DNA of 64,000 bases from a bacterium (lineage in GTDB: Bacteria; Desulfobacterota; DSWW01), in assembly GCA_040756235.1 (NCBI GenBank), contig JBFLZG010000123.1, forward strand, positions 12,658 to 76,657, read 5' to 3'. Positions 10,304 through 22,041 of this stretch are shown here, in pieces (the first letter of the stretch is position 1; every line of letters begins with the position of its first letter). A program made the translations under genes and the position numbers. Below the pieces are notes generated by a model that was not told the origin of the DNA, did not search any database, and worked only from the letters and a program-made list of their open reading frames with translations.

Positions 10304-10959
10304 ACATCCGGATCTCCGTCAGCCGGTTCGATCCCGACACCGACAGCAGGCCGAAGTGGGTCGACTACGAAGTGCCGACGGTCGAGCGCATGACCGTGCT
10401 CCAGGCCCTGATGCACGTCTACGAAAACCTGGACCCCACACTCGCCTTCCGGTTCGGCTGCCGGTTCGGCAAGTGCGGGCTCTGCGCCGTGGAAGTGAAC
10501 GGCAGGCCCAGGATGGGGTGCTCCACCCAAGTCCGGGACGGCATGAAGATCGGCCCCCTGAGCCGCCTGCCGGTCCTTCGGGACCTGGCCGTGGATCGAG
10601 CCCTCTTCTTCGAGGGGCTGCGCAAGCTCGAGCTGTTCGTGCCGGAGCCCGAGGAGCGATCGGCGCCCGCCAAGGTCCGGGAGCCGGAGAGCCGGGCCAA
10701 GCTGCTCCTGTGCGTGGAATGCCTGGGCTGTCAGGCCACCTGCCCGGCCTCGGACGGCAGCGGCCCGGCGTCCCCTTTCGCAGGCCCCTACGCGTTCGTC
10801 AAGCTCGCCCAGCTTCATCTCGATCCTCGAAACCGGATCGACCGCCGCAGGCAGGCGCAGGACCTCGGGATTGCCGAGTGCCTGAAGTGCCGCAAGTGCC
10901 GCTGCATCAACGGGATCGACATCCAGGGCCTGGCGCTCGCCATGCTGGCGGGCGAATGA
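10300..10959 (+). CDS. SdhB/FrdB-like iron-sulfur subunit
   Basis: CRFGKCGLC...C [2Fe-2S] motif, CVECLGCQATCP, CLKCRKCRC; ATGA overlap with upstream gene. Confidence 0.85.
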   Translation: MNIRISVSRFDPDTDSRPKWVDYEVPTVERMTVLQALMHVYENLDPTLAFRFGCRFGKCGLCAVEVNGRPRMGCSTQVRDGMKIGPLSRLPVLRDLAVDRALFFEGLRKLELFVPEPEERSAPAKVREPESRAKLLLCVECLGCQATCPASDGSGPASPFAGPYAFVKLAQLHLDPRNRIDRRRQAQDLGIAECLKCRKCRCINGIDIQGLALAMLAGE

Positions 10960-10971
10960 CAGGAGGAGAAC

Positions 10972-12228
10972 ATGTTCGACTTTCTTCTTTCCAGGGAACA
11001 GCTGGAGCTGCGGGACGAGACGCGGGAGCTCGTCCGCTGGGTGCCGCGCCAGATGATCCTGGACATGGATGCCGATCGGATCCGGTTTCCCAAGGAGTTT
11101 CTGCAGGAGGCCGGGCGCCGCAACCTCCTGGGGTGCCGCTACCCCAGGCAGTGGGGCGGCCGGGGCATGGACTGGGTCTCGACCAGCGTGGTCATGGAAG
11201 AGGTGGGGACCCTCGGGTATGAGATGGCGTGCGTCTTCGGCGTCGGGGCGGAGCTGGTCTGCGATGCGATCGTGCGGCACGGCACGGACGAGCAGAAGGA
11301 GAAGTACGTCAGGCCCCTGCTCCGAGGAGAGCTGTTTGCAGCCGAGTGCCTGACCGAGCCGCGGGGCGGCTCGGATTTCTTCGGCGCCACCACGAGAGCC
11401 GAAGATTGCGGCGACCACTTTCTCATCAACGGCCAGAAGCGCTTCATCGTGGGAGGCGAGGGCGCAGACTATTTCCTGCTGTACGCGCGCACCGATTTCC
11501 GGCCCGAGGCTCATCCGCACAAGGCGCTGACCGCCTTCATCGTGGACCGCGGTCCGGGGGTGGAGACGAAGTACCTATACGGCCTCATGGGATGCCGGGG
11601 CGGGGGAACGGCCCGGCTCGTCTTCCGGGACGTCAAGGTTCCCAAAGAAAACGTGCTCGGCCGCGTCAACGGCGCGTACGCGGTGTTCAACACCATGATG
11701 GTCCCGGAGCGGCTCGGGACCGCGCTCATGACCATCGGTGCGGTGCGGCCGGCGGTCGAGATCGCCACCCGCTACACCTCGCGCCGCAAGGCCTTCGGCC
11801 AGGTGATCGCCACCTTCGAAGGGGTGAGCTTCCAGGTGGCCGAAGCGGTCATGCTGCTGGACGCCGCCCGCGCCATGGGATACGCCACGGCCCGGGCAGT
11901 GGACGCGGGCGTGGACATGCACCGCATCCGGCGGATGGTCTCCGAATCCAAGAAGTTCATCACCGAGGCCTGCCAGAAAGTGGCGCACAACGCCATGCAG
12001 GTCATGGGAGGGATCGGCTACACCAACATCTTCCCGATCGAGCGCATCTTCCGCGACGTGCGGCTGGCCTCCATCTGGACCGGTACGAGCGAGGTCATGT
12101 CCATGATCACGGCCCACGAGTGGTATCGGGAGTGCCTCGAGCCGAAGACCAAGGCCGAGGTGCCGCAGCGCGATTTCGAGGCCGATGCGGCCGAGGCCGA
12201 GGCGGAAGAGGAAAAGATCTACGAGTAA
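10972..12228 (+). CDS. acyl-CoA dehydrogenase
   Basis: LTEPRGGSD, INGQKRFI, RKAFG, QVMGGIGY; the usual YEGT motif reads IWTGTSE. Confidence 0.92.
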   Translation: MFDFLLSREQLELRDETRELVRWVPRQMILDMDADRIRFPKEFLQEAGRRNLLGCRYPRQWGGRGMDWVSTSVVMEEVGTLGYEMACVFGVGAELVCDAIVRHGTDEQKEKYVRPLLRGELFAAECLTEPRGGSDFFGATTRAEDCGDHFLINGQKRFIVGGEGADYFLLYARTDFRPEAHPHKALTAFIVDRGPGVETKYLYGLMGCRGGGTARLVFRDVKVPKENVLGRVNGAYAVFNTMMVPERLGTALMTIGAVRPAVEIATRYTSRRKAFGQVIATFEGVSFQVAEAVMLLDAARAMGYATARAVDAGVDMHRIRRMVSESKKFITEACQKVAHNAMQVMGGIGYTNIFPIERIFRDVRLASIWTGTSEVMSMITAHEWYRECLEPKTKAEVPQRDFEADAAEAEAEEEKIYE

Positions 12229-12348
12229 ACAAGAAGCCGTGCGGCAGGAGATGAAGAAATCGGCAAGCCCCGGCTGCACGGAGTCGCCGCGCGCGCCACT
12301 CCGCAGCCAATGTTGGCGGACACGCCTGCGGCTTGGCGACCCTTCCGG

Positions 12349-12376
12349 GTAGGGGCGAAAGATCTTTCGCCCCTAC
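12349..12376. repeat. perfect 28-bp GTAG-type REP palindrome between convergent genes
   Basis: GTAGGGGCGAAAGATCTTTCGCCCCTAC is its own reverse complement. Confidence 0.8.
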
Positions 12377-12409
12377 CGATCGCTCGCGAGTTTCGGTCGA
12401 ATACGGAGA

Positions 12410-14077
<1,668 letters not shown>

Positions 14078-14216
14078 CCTTCACCTCCGTACAGGTTTCT
14101 CCGAGGTTCGACGCAGTTGAACAAAAATTACCCGTCGGAAGGCCGCAAGGTCAAATTCTTCTGGCATCTCCGCCGCCCTTCTGCTAGTTAAATGAAAGAA
14201 GGCCCCGGAGGACACC

Positions 14217-15263
14217 ATGACCGCGCAAGAGCTGGCTCAACGGTTCTGTGCCTACCTCGCGCACCGGCTGCCCGATGCCCGAGACATCCGCGTTCCTCTC
14301 GTCAACCCGATCTTCGGAGGCGCGTCCCGCGAGACCTTCAGCATGGAGCTGAGCTATCGCACCCTCCTCGAGCCCGTATCCCAGAGGGTCATCCTGCGCC
14401 GTGAATTCGAGTCCGGGATCATCGACACCAGCATCGCGACCGAGTACAAGGCCTACCAGGCGTTCCGGAGCTCGCAGGTGCCTGTCCCCAGAGTGTTCTG
14501 GAGTGAGCACGACCCGCGGTGGCTCGGCACGCCTTTCTACGTGATGGAGGAGATCCTGGACTGCGAAGCCCTGCACGTACTGTTCTCCGCTCCGCCGTTC
14601 CGCTCGGTCCGTGAACAGGTGGGCCGATCGTTCTGCACGATCATGGGAACGATCGCCCGGACCGACCCGGCAGCCGTGGGGCTTCGAGACGGCCTGGAGC
14701 CGGTCGCTCCCGAGGATTGCTGGAAGCGCGAGCTGACTTACTGGATGAAGAAGGCGGAGGAGAGCGAGCTCGAGCCTCAGCCGGTCCTCCGGGCGGCGAT
14801 CCGCTGGCTGTGGAGGCGTCCTCCTCCGCCCGCGCGGAAGATCGCGATCGTCCACGGCGACATGCGCGCCGGCAACTTCCTGTTCAACGAGGACGGAGTC
14901 ATTCGGGCCGTCCTGGACTGGGAAATGATGCATCTGGGGGATCCCCTCGAGGACCTCTCCTGGTCCCTGAACAGGCTGTGGAGCTGGACCGAGCCGGACC
15001 GCATCGGCATCATGATTCCCCGGGAGGAGGGGATCCGCGTCTGGGAAGAGGCGAGCGGACAGAAGGTCGACCTCCAGGCTCTTTTCTGGTGGGAGGTCTT
15101 CACGAGCGTGAAGTCCATGGCCATCTGGCTCTCCATGAACAAGAAGTACGCCACAGGGGCCAATACGGATCCGATCGTGGGCTACGGCGGCATCTGGGCT
15201 CTCGACCTGCAGCGGCGGATCCTGATGGAGCAGATGAGGAGGGCGCATGAGACCCACGGGTGA
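14217..15263 (+). CDS. APH-like phosphotransferase (LvaA / ACAD10-11 kinase-domain-like)
   Basis: GGASRET, VPVP, GTPFYVME, HGDMRAGN, LDWE...GDPLEDL. Confidence 0.85.
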   Translation: MTAQELAQRFCAYLAHRLPDARDIRVPLVNPIFGGASRETFSMELSYRTLLEPVSQRVILRREFESGIIDTSIATEYKAYQAFRSSQVPVPRVFWSEHDPRWLGTPFYVMEEILDCEALHVLFSAPPFRSVREQVGRSFCTIMGTIARTDPAAVGLRDGLEPVAPEDCWKRELTYWMKKAEESELEPQPVLRAAIRWLWRRPPPPARKIAIVHGDMRAGNFLFNEDGVIRAVLDWEMMHLGDPLEDLSWSLNRLWSWTEPDRIGIMIPREEGIRVWEEASGQKVDLQALFWWEVFTSVKSMAIWLSMNKKYATGANTDPIVGYGGIWALDLQRRILMEQMRRAHETHG

Positions 15264-15753
15264 GCAGATCCTGAAGACCCTGGCCAACACCCTGGTCACG
15301 CAGCTCATGCAGGAAGTGACGCGCGACAAGGCCAAGGCGGACCTCGGCATGATGGCGCTCCTCATGGGGGTCGCCTGCGAGGAATTCGAGCGCGGCACGT
15401 CGCAGCGGATGGAGGAGAACCGGGAGCTGAGGGAGCTGTTCTCGGAAGCCCTCGCGGTGGTCCGCGATCCCGCTCTCCGGGACCGGCTGCGAGAGGGCGC
15501 ACGGACGAGCGAGACCGACTACAGCCCCACGGCGCTCGACAGGCTCAACGCAGAGCTCCTGGAAGTCCTCATCGCCCTGCATCGACACGTGGAAACGCTC
15601 GACGGGCATGAGGCCCGCGGCATGGAACGGAAGATCTGGCGCTTCCTGGAAGGCTGGACCAGGCGCAGGGCATTCGCCACCTCGGAGCTGTTCCAGCCGA
15701 TCGTCCTCATGGCCACCCTGCAGAAGCGCAGCGCCCAGGGGCGACCGACGTGA
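15247..15753 (+). CDS. small helical hypothetical protein coupled to the kinase (LvaB-like partner?)
   Basis: 17-bp overlap with the kinase gene, GAGGAGG RBS, RPT..L N-terminus, helical-looking composition. Confidence 0.65.
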   Translation: MRPTGEQILKTLANTLVTQLMQEVTRDKAKADLGMMALLMGVACEEFERGTSQRMEENRELRELFSEALAVVRDPALRDRLREGARTSETDYSPTALDRLNAELLEVLIALHRHVETLDGHEARGMERKIWRFLEGWTRRRAFATSELFQPIVLMATLQKRSAQGRPT

Positions 15754-15769
15754 AACGGGACGTGAGCGA

Positions 15770-15815
15770 CCGGGACCTCGTGCGCTTTGCATCTGGAGGC
15801 TTCTGAACAGCCTCC
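15770..15815 (-). mobile_element. truncated copy (left end) of the GAGAGGCTG MITE family
   Basis: Reverse strand GGAGGCTGTTCAGAAGCCTCCAGATGCAAAGCGCACGA matches the start of the 41317 copy. Confidence 0.55.
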
Positions 15816-15961
15816 GCAGGCGCAATTCCTGGACAGGATCCTGGTGGCCGCCTCCCAGGTCCCCGCTTCCTTCGGGCCCAAGTCCTTTCTGGCGTGTGCT
15901 CCTCCTGCGCCGCCAACATCCCTCGCGGACACGGGCGCGGGAGCCGGAAAGCCGAAGACCG

Positions 15962-16945
15962 ATGAACGAGCGAGAACGTTTCCGGCGCCTGTTCCGCGAC
16001 GAACCCGTGGACAGGCCCCCGCTTTTCGACGACGGCGTCCGGGAAGAGGTGGCCGAGCTCTGGCGCCTCCAGGGCATGCCCAAAGGGCGCACCCATCTGG
16101 AGATCTTCGGCCTCACTCCTCACGAGAACGTGGGGCCCGACCTCACCTTCCGGTCCCCCTCCGCCGGACGGGTGATGCTTCTGTCCGAGCGGGAGTACCG
16201 CCGCGCCTTCGACGCCACCCCGGGACGCTTCCCCGCTGACTGGACCCGGACCGTCAAGCGGCTCGAGAAGCGCGATCACGTCGCCTGCGTCTGGGCGTCC
16301 CGGGGCTTCTTTCAGGCCCTGGGCGTGGCCAACTGGAGGACGCTCGAGCAGGTCCTCGAGTGCCTGATCGAAGAGCCGCAAAAGATCCGGGCGAGGATGG
16401 AGATCTACGGGGACTTCTGCGCCCGCATGCTCGAGACGGCCCTCGCCCGAGTGGATCCCGAGTTCGTCTATCTGAGCGAGCCCATTTCCGACAACAACGG
16501 GCCGCTCATCTCGCCCTCGATGTTCGAAGAGCTCGTGATCCCCGCCTACGAGCGGATCGTCGCTGCCGCCAGGGCTCACGGGTGCCGGGAGGTCCTGGTC
16601 AACACCTACGGGAACACGGCCCTGCTCTTTCCGGCCATGATCCGGGCCGGCGTCACGAGCCTGTGGATCTCGGAGGCGGCCGAGGTCCCCGAGCTCGACT
16701 ACCACAACCTGCGGCGGCAGTACGGAGCCGGCCTGGGGCTCGTGGGCGGCATCCCGCTGAGTCTGCTCCGCTCGGGAGCGCCGGGGACGATCCGCGAGCG
16801 GGTTCAGGAGATCGTCCGGCCCCTGCTGCGGGGCGGCCGCTATGTTCCGCTGGCGAGCGGCAGGGTCAGGGAGGAGATCCCCTGGGCGGTGTACAGGCAG
16901 TATCGCGAGGCCCTGGCAAGAGAGGTGTCAGGTGTCGGGTTCTAG
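15962..16945 (+). CDS. uroporphyrinogen decarboxylase / MtaA-CmuA family protein
   Basis: MNERERF...EPVDRPP N-terminus, GPLISPSMFEELVIPAY, LRRQYG..L.L.GGI, GGRYVP. Confidence 0.75.
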   Translation: MNERERFRRLFRDEPVDRPPLFDDGVREEVAELWRLQGMPKGRTHLEIFGLTPHENVGPDLTFRSPSAGRVMLLSEREYRRAFDATPGRFPADWTRTVKRLEKRDHVACVWASRGFFQALGVANWRTLEQVLECLIEEPQKIRARMEIYGDFCARMLETALARVDPEFVYLSEPISDNNGPLISPSMFEELVIPAYERIVAAARAHGCREVLVNTYGNTALLFPAMIRAGVTSLWISEAAEVPELDYHNLRRQYGAGLGLVGGIPLSLLRSGAPGTIRERVQEIVRPLLRGGRYVPLASGRVREEIPWAVYRQYREALAREVSGVGF

Positions 16946-17031
16946 GCTCCAGGGCCGCCCCAGGAAGGGGTATCGGGTGCCGGGTATCAGGTTCCTGGAG
17001 CCATGCACCTGATACCTGACACCTGAAATCC
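16924..17031. repeat. inverted heptamer (GGTGTCA/GGTATCA) arrays
   Basis: GGTGTCAGGTGTCGGG...GGTATCGGGTGCCGGGTATCAGG facing CCTGATACCTGACACCTGAAA. Confidence 0.6.
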
Positions 17032-17047
17032 GACGGAGGCAGGCAAG

Positions 17048-17998
17048 ATGGCAGATGCGATTCGCGTGGCGGTCGTGCAGGACGCTCCGGTGGTCTTCGA
17101 CCGCGAGGCGACCCTGCAGAAGACGGTCGATCTGGCGAGGCGAGCAGCGCGCGCGGGGGCCAGGCTGGTGCTGTTTCCCGAGGCCTTCATTCCGGCCTAC
17201 CCCAAGGGGCTCGACTTCGGCGCCCGGGTCGGATTGAGGATGCCCTACGGCCGCGAGGACTTCCGCCGCTACTTCGAGAGCGCCGTGGACGTGCCGGGCC
17301 CCGCGACCCAGGCGCTCGCGACGGCCGCAAGGGAGGAAGGGATCTACCTCGTCATCGGGGTCATCGAGCGGGACGGCGGCACGCTCTACTGCACGGTCCT
17401 CTTTTTCTCACCCGAAGGCACGCTCATGGGCAAACACCGCAAGCTCATGCCGACCGCCATGGAACGGCTCGTCTGGGGCTTTGGCGACGGCTCGACCATG
17501 CCGGTGTTCGAGACGCCGCTGGGCCGGCTCGGCGCGGTGATCTGCTGGGAAAACTACATGCCCATGATGCGCATGGCGATGTACGCCAAAGGCGTCCAGC
17601 TCTACTGCGCACCGACCGCCGACGACCGCGACACCTGGCTGCCCACCATGCAGACCATCGCCCTGGAGGGACGCTGCTTCGTCCTGAGCTGCTGCCAGTT
17701 CCTCCTGCGCGGGGACTGCCCTGAGGATTACGCGGCCATCCAGGGAAACGACCCCTCGACCGTTCTCATGCGCGGAGGGAGCACGATCGTCAGTCCCTTC
17801 GGCCAGGTGCTGGCAGGCCCCGTGTTCGAGGCGCCCTGCATCCTCACGGCAGACCTCGATCCGAACGAAATCACCCGGGGCAAGTACGATTTCGACGTGG
17901 CAGGCCACTACGCCCGGCCCGACGTGTTCCGCCTCCAGGTCAACGAGAAGCCGATGCCCGCCGTGGTACGGGCCCGACCGGGGCCGGACGAACCCTGA
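17048..17998 (+). CDS. nitrilase (carbon-nitrogen hydrolase)
   Basis: Glu-Lys-Cys triad: FPEAF, HRKLMPT, ICWENYMP; GHYARPD. Confidence 0.92.
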   Translation: MADAIRVAVVQDAPVVFDREATLQKTVDLARRAARAGARLVLFPEAFIPAYPKGLDFGARVGLRMPYGREDFRRYFESAVDVPGPATQALATAAREEGIYLVIGVIERDGGTLYCTVLFFSPEGTLMGKHRKLMPTAMERLVWGFGDGSTMPVFETPLGRLGAVICWENYMPMMRMAMYAKGVQLYCAPTADDRDTWLPTMQTIALEGRCFVLSCCQFLLRGDCPEDYAAIQGNDPSTVLMRGGSTIVSPFGQVLAGPVFEAPCILTADLDPNEITRGKYDFDVAGHYARPDVFRLQVNEKPMPAVVRARPGPDEP

Positions 17999-18021
17999 TG
18001 CGGACCTGCACTCCGCGTTTT

Positions 18022-18037
18022 CGGCCCGCGTTTTGCA
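18022..18037 (+). promoter_or_regulatory. putative sigma54 (-24/-12) promoter upstream of MMPL gene
   Basis: CGGCCCGCGTTTTGCA has GG-N10-GC with TTGC. Confidence 0.45.
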
Positions 18038-18216
18038 CATGTTTTCTGGTCTCGTTGCTGTCTCGATCTCGAATTGACCTCCTCCCCACGAGGTGCTAAG
18101 AGGTGCGGAACCCTGCAGCGGGAGGCCGAAGGGCCAGGGGACCGGCAGCCGGCCGGCAGCCAACCGACTCCCTGACTTTGACCTTTTCTCTTTTCCCGTT
18201 GACCTGAGAACAGGCG

Positions 18217-21141
18217 ATGGATCTTCCTGGAAACGTGGCGCGGTCGTTCAGCAAGTGGGTGATCCGGTACCGGTGGCTGCTCCTGGGGGCCGGCGCCCTG
18301 ATCAGCGCCGGACTGATCTACGCGATCCGGAACCTCGCCGTCAACAACGACTACGACAACTGGCTTCCCGAGAACGACAAGGTATCCCGGCTCTACCGCC
18401 AGGTGGACCGGCAGTTCTCGTCCACGGCCATCGTGTTCGTGATCCTCGACTGCACCAAGGACGGGGTCTTCCACCCGGGCTCGCTGGCCCTGGTCAAGCG
18501 CCTGACCGAGGCCCTCCAAGGGGTGGAGGAACTGTTCAACGTCACGAGCCTCACGAACGTTCCGGACTTTCGCAGGACGGACGCCGGCCTCGCAGTGGGC
18601 GACCTGATCCCCGAGATCCCCGCATCCCCCTCCGATCTCGACGCGCTCGAGCGTTACGTCCTGTCCAGGGAGATGTACGTCAACACCCTGGTTTCCGAGA
18701 ACGCCGCGTATACCGTGGTGGTTGCCAACGTCGAGGGCGGCTCGATCGAGGCGGTCACCGCGGCCAAGGTCCTGAGGACCGTACAGGCGATCGCCGGGGA
18801 TCATCCTTACTATTTCGGCGGGGACCCGGCCCTGCAGATGTATGCGGACATCTACATGGCACAGGACCTCCGGGTCCTGATCCCGGTCACCCTGCTCGTG
18901 ATGGTTGCGATTCTCTTCTTCAGCTTTGCCGGGTTCTGGGGCGTGGTCCTACCTTTGGGCATCGTCTTCCTCTGCATCCTCTGGACGCTCGGCCTGCAGG
19001 CGCTCGCCGGGCTCACCGCCAACATCCTGACCCCGGCGGTCGTGGTGCTCCTGATCGCCCTGGGCTCGGATTACGCGGTCCACATCTACAACCACTACCT
19101 GAGGCAGGGCGACATCGAGCTCTGCATCCAGGAGATGACCTTCCCGGTCGTGATGAGCGCCCTGACCACCATTGCGGGGCTCCTGACGTTCCTGACGACA
19201 CGGATCAGTCTGTTCAGTTCTTTCGGCATCGACCTGGCCATCGGACTGGGGGCCGCCTGTCTGCTCTCGCTCCTCCTCCTGCCGGTCTGCGTCTACCTGC
19301 TGCGGATCCGTCCGGCGCCGATCGTTCACGGAGCCGGGGCACCGGAGCACGTGTTGTCGAGGTGGCTGGGCCGGCTGGGGCTCGCCGTCCACCGGCGCCC
19401 CAAGACGACCCTGGCCATCGTCCTGGTCCTGCTGGCGGCCACGGGAGCGGGTTTCCAGCGCATGACCACGAACGTGGATTATGTCGAGTTGATGCCCGAG
19501 GACTCTCCCCCGCGGGTAGGCGGAGACCTGCTGCGCGACCATTTCAGCGGATTCTATCCGGTTTCGGTCTACTTCCAGGGCGACATGGAAGAGCCGGCCG
19601 TGATGCAGATGATGAGCTACGTCGAGAACTACTTTCGCTCCTACGAAATGGTCGGCGCCTTTCGCTCCGTCAACGACTGGATCGCAGAGGAAAACTGGCT
19701 CCTCAACGGCGTCTTCGCCGTGCCGGAAACGAGAGAGCAAATCGCCAACCTGTGGCTCCTGATGGAGGGGAGAGAGATTCTCAAGACCTTCGTCGCCCCG
19801 GATCGGCGCCAGAGCCTGGTCACGGCTCTGGTCAAGGAGCCCCGCACGGGGGTCATGCAGCAGATCGCCGTATCCCTGTGGCGCTTCATCGATTCCGACC
19901 TCGCCGATGAAGTGGTCGAGGTCGATCCGGCCCTGCTCGCTCCGGACGGCCGCAATGCGCTCGAGCAGGTCCGACTGGCCGACGCAGCCCGGCAGCTCGC
20001 CTGGCTGTCCGCCGGGTATGACAAGCCTCGGAAGTACGATCCGAACCGGTTCCACGCAGCCTTGACCCGGTCCTACCCGCAGCTCGACCGGAGGATCGGC
20101 CTGGAACCGGTCTGGCAGGCGGGCCGGAGCTATCTGGAGCAGGAGGCCCTGGAAGCGCTCCCCGCGGCTCTCGTGGACCGGGTCGTGGACCTCCTGAAGA
20201 GCGGCTGGCAGGACCGCCGGGATCCGGCCTTCCGAGACAGGATCGAAACCCTCCTGCTCTCCAGCCGCACCCTGACCGCCGAGGACGCTCGTGCGACCGC
20301 CTCGGGGCTCTTGAACAGGGCCGAGGCCACGCTCCGGATCGAGCGAGCGTCCGGCCTCCTGGACTCATTGGCGCCCCTCCTCCCAAGCGGGTTCGAGCAG
20401 AAAGAGGAGCTCCGCAAGCGCGCCGCAGGGGTCCTGTGGAGGCTCTGGGCCGAGCACCCGGTCTTCTTCGCCTCTCAGGTCGTTTCGGTTCCGGGGATCG
20501 AGGGCGCGCGCATTGCCACGCGGCCGCTCAAGATCCAGCAGGCCGGATTTCCGGACCTCGTGCGCCGTCTCTATGAGCTGCTGCACGTCAACCTCATCCA
20601 GAGCCTGTTCCTGGCTTCCCTGGGCGTGCTGGTCCTGATCTCCTTGAGCCAGCTCTCCCTGAGGCGAGGGCTGGTTTCCCTGGTGACCGTCCTGGTGCCC
20701 ATCGGATCCATCCTCGGCCTGATGGGGTGGGCCGGCATCCCCCTGGATTTCGGCACCTCGCTGGCCGGCGCCCTCATCATCGGCCTCGGGGTGGACGGTT
20801 GCATCCACTTCCTCCACCACTATCACCGCCTGTGCTCCGGTGGCATTCCGGCAGAGTCGGCTTTGCGCGACACCATGCGGCACATCGGCAAGGGCATTGT
20901 CACCGCCAACGCGACCACGTTCTGCGGGTTCCTCGTGCTGCTGCTGTCCAAGACATCGGTGCTGAGGAATTTCGGGCTCGTGAACGCAATGGCCATCTTT
21001 CTGGTCACGGCCTCCATTCTGACCCTGCTGCCCGCGTTCGTCTCCTTGCTGACGGAGAGTAAGGCCGCACGGTTCCGCGGCCGCCCCGGGGCTGCCGGAT
21101 CGGAATCAGCCCCCGATGAGAGAAAGGCCGCTTGCTCTTGA
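18217..21141 (+). CDS. MMPL/RND family transporter
   Basis: Two repeats of TM bundle plus periplasmic loop; ALGSDYAVH and GLGVDGCIH motifs; SALTTIAG. Confidence 0.88.
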   Translation: MDLPGNVARSFSKWVIRYRWLLLGAGALISAGLIYAIRNLAVNNDYDNWLPENDKVSRLYRQVDRQFSSTAIVFVILDCTKDGVFHPGSLALVKRLTEALQGVEELFNVTSLTNVPDFRRTDAGLAVGDLIPEIPASPSDLDALERYVLSREMYVNTLVSENAAYTVVVANVEGGSIEAVTAAKVLRTVQAIAGDHPYYFGGDPALQMYADIYMAQDLRVLIPVTLLVMVAILFFSFAGFWGVVLPLGIVFLCILWTLGLQALAGLTANILTPAVVVLLIALGSDYAVHIYNHYLRQGDIELCIQEMTFPVVMSALTTIAGLLTFLTTRISLFSSFGIDLAIGLGAACLLSLLLLPVCVYLLRIRPAPIVHGAGAPEHVLSRWLGRLGLAVHRRPKTTLAIVLVLLAATGAGFQRMTTNVDYVELMPEDSPPRVGGDLLRDHFSGFYPVSVYFQGDMEEPAVMQMMSYVENYFRSYEMVGAFRSVNDWIAEENWLLNGVFAVPETREQIANLWLLMEGREILKTFVAPDRRQSLVTALVKEPRTGVMQQIAVSLWRFIDSDLADEVVEVDPALLAPDGRNALEQVRLADAARQLAWLSAGYDKPRKYDPNRFHAALTRSYPQLDRRIGLEPVWQAGRSYLEQEALEALPAALVDRVVDLLKSGWQDRRDPAFRDRIETLLLSSRTLTAEDARATASGLLNRAEATLRIERASGLLDSLAPLLPSGFEQKEELRKRAAGVLWRLWAEHPVFFASQVVSVPGIEGARIATRPLKIQQAGFPDLVRRLYELLHVNLIQSLFLASLGVLVLISLSQLSLRRGLVSLVTVLVPIGSILGLMGWAGIPLDFGTSLAGALIIGLGVDGCIHFLHHYHRLCSGGIPAESALRDTMRHIGKGIVTANATTFCGFLVLLLSKTSVLRNFGLVNAMAIFLVTASILTLLPAFVSLLTESKAARFRGRPGAAGSESAPDERKAACS

Positions 21142-21240
21142 GGGCCCGTTCTGCTGTCATGGATCGAAGCTTTTGGGACAGGCTCCGGACGGCATTCCTG
21201 CAGGAGCCCCCGCAGAAAACCGGAAGGAACGAGACCCTCC

Positions 21241-22041
21241 ATGGACTACGAACACGTGCTGTTCAAGACCAGAGGGCCGGTCTCCTGGGTGGTCCTGAAC
21301 CGGCCCGAAAGGCTCAACGCCTTCAACACGCAGCTTGCGGTCGAGGCGTCGGACGCTTTGCGTCAGGCCATCGATGACCGCCAGACGCGGGTCGTCGTCA
21401 TCACCGGCAAAGGCCGGGCCTTCTCGGTTGGAGCCGACGTGACGGAGGTGGCCGAGGACCCGGCCCCTCCGGAACGGATCCGGGTCCTGGCCACCATCGC
21501 CCACGACGCGGTGGCCGCCATCCGCAAAGCTGAAAAGCCCGTGATCGCCGCGATCAATCACCAGGCCGCCGGCTACGGCATGGCGCTCGCCCTGGCGTGC
21601 GACCTCAGGGCCGCCACCGAGAAGGTGCGCCTCTACTATGCTTACTCGCTGATCGGGCTCACCGGAGACGGCGGGATCAACTACCTCCTGCCGAGGATGC
21701 TGGGTCCTTCCAGGGCCCTCGAAGTGGCCCTCACCGGCGAAGTGATCTTCGAAGAGGAAGCGGCCAAGCTCGGGCTCATCACGAAGTTCTTCAAAGAAGA
21801 TTCCTTCCTCGAGGACACCCAGGCGCTCGCGGAGCGAGTGGCGGCGTGCCCGCCGCGGCTCGCGGCGGCGATCAAGCGCATGATGATCGCTGCCGTGGGC
21901 GACGGCCTGATCGAGCACCTGGAGACCGAGAAGCGGCTCCTCATCGAAATGGCGGGCACGGCCGAGTTCCGCGAGCTGGCCGGCAGGATTCTCGGCACAG
22001 GCAGGGAAGGCAAGAAAGATCCGCAGGGAGGCGCCTCATGA
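21241..22041 (+). CDS. enoyl-CoA hydratase/isomerase family (PaaG-like)
   Basis: LNRPERLNA, AFSVGAD, PVIAAIN..AAG.G..LALACD, GLTGDGG. Confidence 0.9.
   Translation: MDYEHVLFKTRGPVSWVVLNRPERLNAFNTQLAVEASDALRQAIDDRQTRVVVITGKGRAFSVGADVTEVAEDPAPPERIRVLATIAHDAVAAIRKAEKPVIAAINHQAAGYGMALALACDLRAATEKVRLYYAYSLIGLTGDGGINYLLPRMLGPSRALEVALTGEVIFEEEAAKLGLITKFFKEDSFLEDTQALAERVAACPPRLAAAIKRMMIAAVGDGLIEHLETEKRLLIEMAGTAEFRELAGRILGTGREGKKDPQGGAS

Noticed and set aside
8615..10959. Canonical sdhA/sdhB
   Set aside because: Covalent-FAD His and a substrate-binding His are missing and there is no anchor subunit.
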